A stretch of 53,624 nucleotides of DNA, from NCBI GenBank assembly GCA_000998135.1, contig LCCV01000006.1, positions 1 to 53,624 of the forward strand, given 5' to 3'. Position numbers and translations under genes: made by a program. The notes below the pieces were generated by a model. It had not been told where the DNA came from. It searched no databases and saw only the letters and a program-made list of their open reading frames with translations. Of the stretch, positions 37,787-47,456 are shown piece after piece. Each line of letters begins with the position of its first letter. Positions within the stretch are counted from its first letter, which is position 1. The stretch comes from Parcubacteria group bacterium GW2011_GWA2_42_14. Lineage in GTDB: Bacteria; Patescibacteriota; Minisyncoccia; Sungbacterales; GWA2-42-14.

Positions 37787-38554
37787 TTATTTTTCAGCGT
37801 TTTCTTTTGGCACAACTATCGTCTTCAAAACCAGCGAAAATATCCAACTGAACGGAGGGATGTTCATCATATTCTTTAAATTGGCAAGAACAACGGAACC
37901 GGCGGCAATAGATGTGCCTTCCGGAAATTCATTAGGAGCAATTATGTTTGTATTAATGCCGGTAGAGCAATTCGGACCAAAAACGGTCTTATGTTTATTT
38001 TTTCCATCATAATTTGCCGTAATCGTTCCGGCGCCGATGTTAGAATCGTCTCCCACGGTCGCATCACCAAGATAACTATGATGAACATCTTTTACGTTCT
38101 TGCCCAAAATAGAACAATTTAATTCGGCCAAAGCGCCGATAACCGTTCCATTTCCTATTTTAGAATTCTTCTGGTGCGGAAGTCCGAGAGTAACTCCGTC
38201 TCCTGCTTCCACGTTTAAAAGAGTAGTATGGGGATAAACCAAACAGCCGCTTCCTAAACGCATTTCCATTTTTCCTTTGGCTTTCTCTTCTTTAGTGATT
38301 TCTTCGCCGATTAGCGCCGAACCCGGCATTATTACGCAGTTCTTCCCGATAGTAACCCTGCCCGCAATGACACAATTAGGGAAAATGATGGTTCTCGCGC
38401 CAATTTCCGCCCTTTCATCAACAAACGTACCGGATATCTCCCTTTTTACGAAAATCGGCAAATCGCCAACCGGAGTTGTCTGAAGTTTTAACCTCCACCA
38501 TTCTTGAGCGGTTAACATAGAATAAGCCATATACTGAGCTTCATCGTAGGTCAT
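37787..38554 (-). CDS. Stand-alone GlmU C-terminal (left-handed beta-helix) acetyltransferase-like protein
   Basis: Hexapeptide repeats; HHSYLGDA, NIGAGTITANYDGKNKHKT, IAAGS; no nucleotidyltransferase domain. Confidence 0.8.
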   Translation of the reverse strand: MTYDEAQYMAYSMLTAQEWWRLKLQTTPVGDLPIFVKREISGTFVDERAEIGARTIIFPNCVIAGRVTIGKNCVIMPGSALIGEEITKEEKAKGKMEMRLGSGCLVYPHTTLLNVEAGDGVTLGLPHQKNSKIGNGTVIGALAELNCSILGKNVKDVHHSYLGDATVGDDSNIGAGTITANYDGKNKHKTVFGPNCSTGINTNIIAPNEFPEGTSIAAGSVVLANLKNMMNIPPFSWIFSLVLKTIVVPKENAEK

Positions 38555-38692
38555 TTTCTGTCTCCAAATTTGTCAAAAAGCTTACTTTTCTATTATCATG
38601 AGTAAAAGAGTAAATCAAGGCGGCGGTCTAATTCAATGCCAATGCCTGTGGTTAGAGCTTTGATTGAGCTCAGCCGAAATCTTTATCAAACC

Positions 38693-39694
38693 ATGCTAAT
38701 GAATATCAACGATACAAATAAAAAGGTATATCCAAAAATTGTAGTAATCGGCGGGGGCACCGGTGTTTTTACCGTTCTTTCGGGATTAAGAAATTATCCG
38801 GTTGATTTAACCGCTATTATTTCTATGTCCGACGACGGAGGCTCAACCGGAGCTCTTCGCGAAGAATTCGGAATACTCCCGCCGGGCGATGTGCGGAGAG
38901 CTTTAGTGGCCTTGGCGCATACCGACAACCGCCTGCTTTCAGAATTATTCAATTACCGATTTGAAGAAGGACAGCTTAAGGGGCATGCCTTTGGGAATAT
39001 CATGCTTACGGCCCTTGAAAGAATGACCGGAAATTTTGAATCAGCCCTTGACGAAGCCGGAAGAATTTTAAATGTGCAAGGCAGAGTTATTCCGGTAACT
39101 CTTGATAATATCCGCCTTTGCGCCGAATTGGAAAACGGAGAAATTGTGAAGGGTGAGACAAATATTGATATTCCCAAACACGACCCCAATATCAGGATTA
39201 AAAAAGTTTATCTTGAACCTAAAACCTACGCAAACCCAAGAGCCCTGGATTCAATTTTGAAAGCTGACCTCGTAATTCTCGGGCCGGGAGATCTTTTTAC
39301 GAGCGTCGTCCCTAATCTTCTGGTAAAAGGAATTCCGACGGCCATAAAAAAATCAAAAGCAAAAAAAGTTTATGTGGTAAGCTCCATGACTAAACCGGGC
39401 GAAACAAACAATTTTTCAGCAAATGATTTTCTTAATGTTTTAGAAAAATATCTCGGAACAGGAATTCTTGATTACATCGTAATAAATACCAAAAAACCGC
39501 CGCTCCCGCGGCTGAAAGATTACACGACCGAAGGAAAAATGATGGTTGAAGCGGAAAACTTGCCTGGAGCGACCGGCAATGGCCAAACTATTCCCCCAAA
39601 ACCAACACCGATTTATGGAGATTTCATCCGCAAATCCGGCTTTGTCCGACACGACCCGGAAAAACTGGCCAGGGTTTTAGTTTCCTTGATATAA
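38693..39694 (+). CDS. yvcK: YvcK/GlmR (CofD-related) family protein
   Basis: IGGGTG, DDGGSTG, PPGDVRRAL, GHAFGN, GPGDLFTS, RHDP. Confidence 0.93.
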   Translation: MLMNINDTNKKVYPKIVVIGGGTGVFTVLSGLRNYPVDLTAIISMSDDGGSTGALREEFGILPPGDVRRALVALAHTDNRLLSELFNYRFEEGQLKGHAFGNIMLTALERMTGNFESALDEAGRILNVQGRVIPVTLDNIRLCAELENGEIVKGETNIDIPKHDPNIRIKKVYLEPKTYANPRALDSILKADLVILGPGDLFTSVVPNLLVKGIPTAIKKSKAKKVYVVSSMTKPGETNNFSANDFLNVLEKYLGTGILDYIVINTKKPPLPRLKDYTTEGKMMVEAENLPGATGNGQTIPPKPTPIYGDFIRKSGFVRHDPEKLARVLVSLI

Positions 39695-39713
39695 TACGAA
39701 TAACACGAACCAT

Positions 39714-40427
39714 ATGCGAACAACGCGAATAATTAAACTTAGCGGAGAAAATTACAAAAAGGCCATTGAAACTTCGATGGCTTTTTTAAAAAAGGGAGAA
39801 ACAATTGTTGTACCGACCGATACGATTTATGGTCTGGCTTGCGACGCCCTAAACGAAAAGGCAATTGAAAAATTGCTGAAAATAAAAGAGCGCGACCGGC
39901 AAAAAGGCCTACCGATTTTTGTAAACTCAATTGAAATGGCGCGCCGTCTCGCCTACATTGATAAAAAAAAGGAGGAATTTTTAAGAAGGATTTGGAATTC
40001 GGATTTGCTAAGGCCCGGCCTTGACATAAAAAGGCCGGGCCTTGATGATACGGCTGTCGGGAAAATCACTGTAGCGCTTTACGCAAAAGATGTTATTCCG
40101 AAAATCGCAACCGGCGGTCGAGAAACAGTGGCGCTCCGAATGCCTGATTATAAATTTATTCTGGACTTAATAACGGCGTTGGGCCGACCTATTACCGGCA
40201 CTTCGGCAAACATTTCCGGAAATAAGCCAATTAATTCAGCAACCGAAGCGGCAAAACAATGGAAAAGTAAAAAAAATGCTCCCGCCTTAATAGTTGACGG
40301 CGGAGAAATTATAAACAACGAACCATCAACAATTGTTGATATAACCGGCCCTTCCCCAATAATTCTTCGCTCGGGTATCGTTACCAAAAAAGAACTTGAT
40401 AATTTTTTTAGGCGGGCGTATATTTAA
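39714..40427 (+). CDS. tsaC: L-threonylcarbamoyladenylate synthase (Sua5/TsaC)
   Basis: PTDTIYGL, KIKER, VALRMP, TSANISG, PSTIVD. Confidence 0.92.
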   Translation: MRTTRIIKLSGENYKKAIETSMAFLKKGETIVVPTDTIYGLACDALNEKAIEKLLKIKERDRQKGLPIFVNSIEMARRLAYIDKKKEEFLRRIWNSDLLRPGLDIKRPGLDDTAVGKITVALYAKDVIPKIATGGRETVALRMPDYKFILDLITALGRPITGTSANISGNKPINSATEAAKQWKSKKNAPALIVDGGEIINNEPSTIVDITGPSPIILRSGIVTKKELDNFFRRAYI

Positions 40428-40686
40428 TCCAGTTCCGCAAAAACAAAATATTAAGAGGGTAAAAGTGAAAAAACAAACCCATAATCGCTTCAAAAAACAC
40501 CCAACCCCTGACCTTGCATTGCTTTATGTGGCCATTAATACATCTCACCTCTGGAAAAACGAAGATGGCTTTCCGCGAACACTTAAGGTTTTAATGAACG
40601 ATCCTGAGAAAGAAATGCTCCGCCTTTCTAAAGAAATAGAAACGGAGTTGACAAAACGCGGCATTCACTATGAAAACCTCTGCTAA
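40396..40686 (+). CDS. Hypothetical protein
   Basis: Short ORF followed by a terminator-like hairpin; real start probably downstream (~40459-40465). Confidence 0.45.
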   Translation: MIIFLGGRIFNPVPQKQNIKRVKVKKQTHNRFKKHPTPDLALLYVAINTSHLWKNEDGFPRTLKVLMNDPEKEMLRLSKEIETELTKRGIHYENLC

Positions 40687-40842
40687 TTTTGGAACACTCT
40701 AAAACGGGTGTTTTTTATTTGTTAACCCCCACACCCATGCATGGTTGTGGGGGTGAATATTCTGTGGTTGTATTCTTCTTATTATTTCTATATTGTATAA
40801 AGCAACAAGCGACACGTAACATGTCTCTTGTCTCATGTCACC

Positions 40843-41523
40843 ATGCTACTATCACGCGATGCCATTTTAAGACATCTCAAAAAAGGGACAATCATTATTG
40901 AGCCGTTTGACGAGCGGAAACTCAAAACAACAAGCTATGACGTAACGCTTGGAAATTTTTATTGGAAAGAAAAACACCCGGATGGCGGCGCAACATTGCA
41001 TAACGTCTATGACGAAGAGTCAACAAAACGGGTATGGTCGGGTCCGCACGAAGCCGAATGCGCCAAAGATGTCGCGAAAAGAACCGGGGTTCTGCTCAAA
41101 AATATAAAACCTGATGAAAAAGTGCTGCTTCTCCGCCCCGGAGAAACTGTTTTGGCGCATACACAGGAATTTATCGGCGGTAGAGATATTTGCGTCGGCA
41201 AGATGTATGCCCGCTCTTCTTTGGGCCGAAATTTTATTGAGGTCTGCAAAGACGCCGGCTGGGGCGATATCGGGTATTTCAACCGCTGGACAATGGAGGT
41301 GACAAATAACTCCCAACATTTTACCATACCGCTTGTTGTGGGCCGGAGAATCGCCCAAATGGTTTTTTACGAAGTGGAGCCGCTCGCCCAAGCCCCCGAT
41401 TACGTCAGTGAAGGAGGAAAATACCAGCTCTCGCAGGAAATTGAGGAAGTGAAAAATTCGTGGAACCCTCACATGATGATTCCGCAGATGCACAAGGATT
41501 GGGAAATTAAACTTACGTCTTGA
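40843..41523 (+). CDS. dcd: dCTP deaminase
   Basis: MLLSRDAI, SYDVTLG, ARSSLGR, DIGY, RIAQMVF, GKYQ. Confidence 0.88.
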   Translation: MLLSRDAILRHLKKGTIIIEPFDERKLKTTSYDVTLGNFYWKEKHPDGGATLHNVYDEESTKRVWSGPHEAECAKDVAKRTGVLLKNIKPDEKVLLLRPGETVLAHTQEFIGGRDICVGKMYARSSLGRNFIEVCKDAGWGDIGYFNRWTMEVTNNSQHFTIPLVVGRRIAQMVFYEVEPLAQAPDYVSEGGKYQLSQEIEEVKNSWNPHMMIPQMHKDWEIKLTS

Positions 41524-41642
41524 TGTAAGCTTTAATGGGAGATAAGACGAGGGCCGTCAACGGCCTTTTTAATTATTTGACAACATACCAATTAATTTGA
41601 TACTTAAAACTTAGCGCTCTTTAAAAAAGGTGGACAACACAA

Positions 41643-41972
41643 ATGAACGCCAGAGAAAAAGCTCTCATATTGCTGAATGAGGCAAAAAAAACTGTTGAGG
41701 AATCTCAAGGAAAAATCTGGGGGTTCGAACCGGTCGGCGAGAATAGCATTATTCTTACTGGAGAAAAACTCTCGTCTGAAGAGCGAAACGCCTTTCTTTC
41801 CAAACTTCCGAGTTTTACAAACGTTTACTTTCTAACCGGTATCGCGCCGCAAACATATGCGGAAGATCCGACCCTAGTGCAACGGGTTTCTTTCTACGGA
41901 GGAACGCTACCCGGCTGGGAATGGGCAAGAGGCGCAGGAAAATGGGAACACTTTTATCAAGAGTGCAGTTAA
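41643..41972 (+). CDS. Hypothetical protein
   Basis: 109 aa; own promoter and RBS upstream, terminator-like hairpin after. Confidence 0.65.
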   Translation: MNAREKALILLNEAKKTVEESQGKIWGFEPVGENSIILTGEKLSSEERNAFLSKLPSFTNVYFLTGIAPQTYAEDPTLVQRVSFYGGTLPGWEWARGAGKWEHFYQECS

Positions 41973-42044
41973 CCAATCTATAATATTGGGCCGTTTATTA
42001 CAAGCGGCTTTTTTCTTTTGTTTTTTTGTGATAGAGATATAGAT

Positions 42045-42680
42045 ATGGGAAGAGATAAAAAGAATCATTATATATCTGTTACCGGAATAATGGGCTCAGG
42101 AAAAACAACCGCGGCGAATCTTCTGGCGCGTAGGCTGGGTTTTCATTTATTTGAAGAAAACGTCAAAGAAAACGTTTTTTTGCCGCTTTTTTATAAAGAC
42201 GCCAAACGTTGGGCGCTTCCGGCCCAGCTTTTTTATCTTCGGGAAAAAACCCATCAGCTTGAAAAAATAAAAAATCTTTTGCCGCGAACAAGCATAATCC
42301 AGGACTCCCCTATTTATCAGGACCATTTTACCTATGCCAAAGCCCAATTGCTTCTTGGCAACATGAACAATGACGAATACGCCCTTTATCAAAAATTTTT
42401 TGATGTGTTTCATCAAAACCTGCCAATTCCTGACCTTATCATTGAACTCGAAACTTCTTTGCCTATAATTCAAAACCGAATCCAAAACCGGGCGCGCAAT
42501 TATGAAAAAGAGATTGCTCCCGCCTATATAAAACTGCTCTCCGTCCTCCAAAAAGATTGGATATCGCAAAGCCCTCATTTAAAAATTATCACCGTCAACA
42601 CCGACAATTTAAATCTTGTCGTAAATACTGCCCACCAAAAAGAATTTGTTGAAATGGTAAAGAAAAAATTAGCGCAATAA
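42045..42680 (+). CDS. Deoxynucleoside kinase
   Basis: GIMGSGKTT P-loop, LFYKDAKRW, Q..F, IIQD, PDLII, RIQNRAR.YE. Confidence 0.92.
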   Translation: MGRDKKNHYISVTGIMGSGKTTAANLLARRLGFHLFEENVKENVFLPLFYKDAKRWALPAQLFYLREKTHQLEKIKNLLPRTSIIQDSPIYQDHFTYAKAQLLLGNMNNDEYALYQKFFDVFHQNLPIPDLIIELETSLPIIQNRIQNRARNYEKEIAPAYIKLLSVLQKDWISQSPHLKIITVNTDNLNLVVNTAHQKEFVEMVKKKLAQ

Positions 42681-42691
42681 AACTCGAAAAA

Positions 42692-42779
42692 TTTCATCTT
42701 AACAAGTATTGGCCGATCGTTCAGTGTTTGTTAAGATGAAAAAAAATATAAAAAAATCACCTATGAAATTAGGTGATTT
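42692..42779. terminator. Two hairpins between convergent genes
   Basis: TTTCATCTTAACAA/TTGTTAAGATGAAA and AAATCACCTA/TAGGTGATTT. Confidence 0.6.
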
Positions 42780-43545
42780 AAACTACTGTTAACAATTCTC
42801 CGATTGTCCGGATGGTAACGGCGCGTGGATGCTCAATGGATATAGATGTCCAATAGTCCATTCCGCGTTTACCGCGAAAATATTGCGAGGTAGAGCCGTG
42901 AGGAATATAAATTCCACGCCACCGTTCTGATATTTCAAGCGCGGGACGCACATCGCTTTCTCCGTTACCGACGGCATACCATGCGCTACTGGACGCAGAG
43001 CATTTTTCGCACCAACCGCTTACGGCAATAAAATCTTCCTTGGTTTTTTTAAATTCGGTAATCCTTACATGTTTTTCATCAAAAAATTCATGGAGGCCGA
43101 GAAATTCCGCTTTTTTGGAAAAAACTTTTTTGTCGTAGCTCGAAAGAAAACAAAGAGTATGCCCGTCGTTTTTAAGTTTCCCCAAAACTTCTTTTGCTCC
43201 GCTTGACCACTTCAATCTTTCATAATCAAAGGGCTGATCGCCGATTTTCCGGATTTGCTCTTCATGCTCAATGCTGTGCGCATCTTCGCCATATTCAAAT
43301 TTAACGCGCTTGCATAAATCCTGATACATTCTAACCATCGCTTCCGCCACACGCCCCCGTTTAACTCCCCATTCTTTGTATAGTTCGCTTTCTATCAGGA
43401 AATATCGTTCCCAAATCAAGTGCAGTGCAGGCGCTTTATTCTCAAAAACTTTATACATATAGCTTAAAAAGTTGGCATAGGCCTCGGAATACTGCCATTC
43501 ATTCATCCAAAGAGTATCATCGCCGTCAAACACAAAAACATCCAT
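42778..43545 (-). CDS. HAD-superfamily hydrolase
   Basis: FDGDDTLW motif I, FKK, VGNGESDVRPA motif; start 43545. Confidence 0.88.
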   Translation of the reverse strand: MDVFVFDGDDTLWMNEWQYSEAYANFLSYMYKVFENKAPALHLIWERYFLIESELYKEWGVKRGRVAEAMVRMYQDLCKRVKFEYGEDAHSIEHEEQIRKIGDQPFDYERLKWSSGAKEVLGKLKNDGHTLCFLSSYDKKVFSKKAEFLGLHEFFDEKHVRITEFKKTKEDFIAVSGWCEKCSASSSAWYAVGNGESDVRPALEISERWRGIYIPHGSTSQYFRGKRGMDYWTSISIEHPRAVTIRTIGELLTVV

Positions 43546-43695
43546 TCTGGCCTCGTTTTTATTTTTAAAATATCTGAAAAGAGCATAACAAAATAACAAA
43601 ACCGCGTCAATTACCAAACGCTCTTGACAGCAAAAATTTGATTTGATACATATTAAATTACAGTTCTTTTTAAACCCAAAACCAAAAGCAGAAAA

Positions 43696-44043
43696 ATGCA
43701 AGAAATCCTAAAAATGGTCATTGAACCATATCTCATGCATCCTCCGGGATGGAAACTTCACTGGTTGCCGGTCCTCGGAACTACGGAAACAATGAATAAG
43801 CCGATTTCTATTGACTCAGAACATTTTCACAATGCCATTAGCATATTGCGCGGCCAACTTCCTTATAGGGGCATTGGAACAGCTTCAGGCGAAATGTATA
43901 TGTTTCTTGACAAAGGCATGACCCCGGATGATGCCCAAAGAATTCATGAATTCATCCAAGGCGCATATTGGCTTACGCTAAAAGAAACACATTCTTCTTA
44001 CGCGCTTGAGGTCTCACTCAAAACATTAGCTTCACAAAAATAA
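43696..44043 (+). CDS. Hypothetical protein
   Basis: 115 aa; TTGACA promoter at 43624; terminator-like hairpin after. Confidence 0.65.
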   Translation: MQEILKMVIEPYLMHPPGWKLHWLPVLGTTETMNKPISIDSEHFHNAISILRGQLPYRGIGTASGEMYMFLDKGMTPDDAQRIHEFIQGAYWLTLKETHSSYALEVSLKTLASQK

Positions 44044-44179
44044 CTGTGAAGCTTTTTTTATTTCCACCCCTATTTGCTTCTGTGAGCCGCAAAACAATAT
44101 TGATAAAGAAGAACTTGTTACAATTCCTATTCTCAGTATCAATAGGTACAGCCATTTGAAAAAAGGGACAGGTTGAATT

Positions 44180-45544
44180 ATGATAAAAGGACGAAAAATG
44201 ATCAATTTAAACTCGATAAAAAAGAGATTTGATAATTACGAAAAACTGGAAGAAAAACGCCAGCATTTTACCTTAAATCTTACTGCCTCTGAAAATATTG
44301 CCTCAAAATATGTAAGAAGCGCTATGGCGTCTGTTTTTGCCAATAAATACTCGGAAGGCAGGCCGTTGAAACGCTACTACGGCGGGCATGAAATTATTGA
44401 CCTGATGGAGCTTGATGTTGAAGAATTGGCGCGTATGGCGTTCAAGGCAGAAGGATACCATGTAAACGTGCAACCCTATTCGGGAAGCCCGGCTAACTTT
44501 GCCTGCTACTCTGGAATTATTGAATACATCGCCCGACTTAAGAAAAAACAAACAGGAACACTTCCCTCGTTTCATGAAGTTGTCCAAAATACTATTTTTC
44601 TAGGAATGAAACTTGACCAAGGCGGCCATTTAACACAGGGCAATATTCCGAGTTTAACCGGCAGAATTTTTAATTTCGTTCATTACGGAATTAACCGCCA
44701 AACCTACCGCATTGACCTAAATGAAATCAAGGAATTGGTGAAAAAACATAATCCCAAACTTATAACCATCGGCCCGAGCTCTTATTCCCGCGCCTTAAAT
44801 ATATTTGAAGAACTTGCTAAAATTGCCCATGACAACGGAGCGCTTTTTATGGCGGATATCGCGCACACCGCGGGCCTTGTTGCCGCAGAGGTTCAACCAA
44901 GCCCATTTCCGCATGCCGATATAGTTACCATGACAACACACAAAACTCTCCGTGGACCCCGTGGTGCTTTGATTTTTGTTAAAGAATCAAAAAAGTTTGA
45001 TTCGGGCGAAAAAAATAAAAAAGACGAACCAATTATTATTTCTCTTGCCGACATGATTGATAAGGCCGTGTTCCCCGGACTTCAGGGCGGACCGCATGAC
45101 CACCAGACCTATGCTATTGGCAAAGCCCTGACTGAAGCGCTTGACCCGAAATTCAAAAAATACGCCGCACAGGTTGTAAAAAACATAAAAACGCTTGCTG
45201 AAGAACTGCAGGAACTAGGATACACGATTATATCCGGCGGCACAGAAAACCATCTTTTAGTAATTGACCTTCGCCCAAGCGGCCTTTCCGGAAAAGAAGC
45301 GGAAGACCGGCTCGCCAAAGCCGGAATTGTCGCCAACCGTAACGCCATTCCTTTTGACCCGGCTCCGCCATGGAATCCTTCAGGCCTTCGCTTAGGAACC
45401 GCGGCTCTTACCACACGCGGGATGAAAGAAAAAGAAATGAATATGGTAGCCATACTTATTCATAACGCCTTAACAAACAACCAGGCACCTGCTACCCTTA
45501 AGAAGGTTCATTCATTATGCAAAAAATTTCCCGGAGGGAAATAA
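44180..45544 (+). CDS. glyA: Serine hydroxymethyltransferase
   Basis: ASEN, NKYSEG, NVQPYSGSPAN, DIAH, TTHKTLRGPRG, FPGLQGGP, SGLRLGT. Confidence 0.96.
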   Translation: MIKGRKMINLNSIKKRFDNYEKLEEKRQHFTLNLTASENIASKYVRSAMASVFANKYSEGRPLKRYYGGHEIIDLMELDVEELARMAFKAEGYHVNVQPYSGSPANFACYSGIIEYIARLKKKQTGTLPSFHEVVQNTIFLGMKLDQGGHLTQGNIPSLTGRIFNFVHYGINRQTYRIDLNEIKELVKKHNPKLITIGPSSYSRALNIFEELAKIAHDNGALFMADIAHTAGLVAAEVQPSPFPHADIVTMTTHKTLRGPRGALIFVKESKKFDSGEKNKKDEPIIISLADMIDKAVFPGLQGGPHDHQTYAIGKALTEALDPKFKKYAAQVVKNIKTLAEELQELGYTIISGGTENHLLVIDLRPSGLSGKEAEDRLAKAGIVANRNAIPFDPAPPWNPSGLRLGTAALTTRGMKEKEMNMVAILIHNALTNNQAPATLKKVHSLCKKFPGGK

Positions 45545-45545
45545 A

Positions 45546-45722
45546 ATGGCGATATACAACGTAATTACGAGCGACGGAAGCTGCGCTTTTGTTGGAACAT
45601 CAAAACTATTGGACTTGTTCCGCCAAACCTGCCAGGAAAAGAAGCCCCATAACACCGAAGAATATGCGGCAGCGTTTAATGAAGCAAAAAAGAGATTTGC
45701 GGAAAAAGAGAAAGGGTCATAG
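45546..45722 (+). CDS. 58-aa hypothetical protein (below the ORF-track cutoff)
   Basis: Starts 1 bp after the glyA stop with a GGAGG RBS; MAIYNVITSDGSCAFVG...; terminator GGAAG..CTTCC-T7 follows. Confidence 0.5.
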   Translation: MAIYNVITSDGSCAFVGTSKLLDLFRQTCQEKKPHNTEEYAAAFNEAKKRFAEKEKGS

Positions 45723-45770
45723 AGGAAGTTTCACGCTTCCTTTTTTTAATTGTTTATCTGCTATAATCTA

Positions 45771-45897
45771 GACCGTCCGAAAACTGCGAAAAAAGCGCTT
45801 TCGTCATTCTGAGCTAAGCGAAGAATCTCGTGTTTAAACCAATTTCGAAAGGCAGAAATTATTCACAAAGTTCAGAATGACAGTTTTTAAGACGGTC
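45771..45897. repeat. MITE/REP-like palindromic element
   Basis: Outer IR GACCGTC..AAAACTG / CAGTTTT..GACGGTC; inner GTCATTCTGA / TCAGAATGAC. Confidence 0.75.
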
Positions 45898-46081
45898 CGA
45901 ATACGGTTATTCATATTATTGACAAATAATAATTCAAATAATATCTTAATAATATTGGTTCTTTGCAAAAATTTCCGGCACAGGAAAAACCATGGCTATT
46001 CACAATTTTATATTGAGATAATATATAAACCAGCAAGAAGAAAAACCGGGGCTTTTTGACATATTACTTACTCGATTATTA

Positions 46082-46429
46082 ATGTTTGCCTGTTTCATGG
46101 CCGTTGTTTATGTATCCTGGCCACTATACCGGCAAATGGACAAAGCAGGATTTTTTCCGGAGCCGAGAATAGAAATTACCGGTTTTCAGCCGAATGAACA
46201 AGTGATAATTACACGCCCCCACTCTTTCTCCGGCATTTCACGCGAGGCATGGGCAGATAAATCCGGCAAAGCGGTATTTCATGATTTATCTCCTGGAAAT
46301 TGGGTTATAACAAAAGGGGGCACCGAAAAATTGCAAAAGACAACAATTTATATTCCCGACCGCTATGGTATTTTTATAAAACAGATTGAACAATTCGAAA
46401 TCCGGATAATTTTTCAACGAGGAGGTTAA
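46082..46429 (+). CDS. Hypothetical membrane-anchored beta-sandwich protein
   Basis: TM-like N-terminus; ADKSGKAVFHDLSPGNW prealbumin/Cna-like pattern. Confidence 0.55.
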   Translation: MFACFMAVVYVSWPLYRQMDKAGFFPEPRIEITGFQPNEQVIITRPHSFSGISREAWADKSGKAVFHDLSPGNWVITKGGTEKLQKTTIYIPDRYGIFIKQIEQFEIRIIFQRGG

Positions 46430-46468
46430 ATGCTTCCTTTTTTCGTTATTTTGAGCTATTATTCAATT

Positions 46469-47326
46469 ATGATTTCACTTGACGGAAAAAAATTATCGCA
46501 AAAAATACTTGCTGAATTGAAACAGGAAATCGCCGATATGGCTAAAAAACTGCGGCTGGCAGTAGTAGTTATCGGGCAAAATCCCGTAACTCAAAAATTC
46601 ATCCAACAAAAACAAAAAGCCGCCCAATTTATCGGCGTTGATTTTAGAATCTTTCCATTTGAAGAAACTGTTGCTACCGACGAACTCCGCAAACGCATCG
46701 CCCAAATTGTTCACGAAAAGAAAAATACCGGAGTTATAATACAACTTCCTCTGCCCGAACATTTAAGCGTTCAGTATATTTTAAATTCGGTAACTCCGGA
46801 AAAAGATGTGGATATGCTTTCGGCCCGCTCCATCGGGAACCTCGTTGCCGGAAAATCAGAAATTTTGCCGCCTGTTGCCGGGGCCATAAAAGCGTTTTTT
46901 GAAGAATATGGCATTAACTATAAATCCAAATATATTACCGTTATTGGAGCGGGAAAATTAGTCGGCCTGCCTGTTTCACTCTGGCTTTTAAACGAAAAAA
47001 CAACATTCAGCGTTCTAAGAAGTACTACGCCCAATATTTCCGAATTCACCAAAAAAGCCGATATTATCATTTCGGGGGTCGGTAAACCAAAATTGATTAC
47101 CGGCGATATGATAAAAGAGGGTGCTGTCGTAATTGACGCCGGAACTTCGGAATCAGAAGGTCCCTCGACTGGGCTCGGGACAAGTAAAATCGTCGGAGAT
47201 ACTGATTTTGAATCGTGCGCAGAAAAAGCATCTTATATAACACCGGTTCCCGGAGGCGTGGGGCCGGTTACAGTGGCTATACTTTTTAGAAATTTGCTTA
47301 CGCTTGCCAAGGCACAAAAGAAATAA
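46469..47326 (+). CDS. folD: Methylenetetrahydrofolate dehydrogenase/cyclohydrolase
   Basis: LDGK, IQLPLP, PEKDVD, LVGLP, VIDAG, ITPVPGGVGPVTVA. Confidence 0.95.
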   Translation: MISLDGKKLSQKILAELKQEIADMAKKLRLAVVVIGQNPVTQKFIQQKQKAAQFIGVDFRIFPFEETVATDELRKRIAQIVHEKKNTGVIIQLPLPEHLSVQYILNSVTPEKDVDMLSARSIGNLVAGKSEILPPVAGAIKAFFEEYGINYKSKYITVIGAGKLVGLPVSLWLLNEKTTFSVLRSTTPNISEFTKKADIIISGVGKPKLITGDMIKEGAVVIDAGTSESEGPSTGLGTSKIVGDTDFESCAEKASYITPVPGGVGPVTVAILFRNLLTLAKAQKK

Positions 47327-47456
47327 ACAAATAAATCAAATATCGTCCGGGTTTGCCCGCCCCGCTGAAATTTCTGCAAAGCTGGTCAAAGACATATTTT
47401 AAATGTAACTTCTAGATTTCACCGCGCTAAAATCGCGATTTTACTCGAAGAATAAA

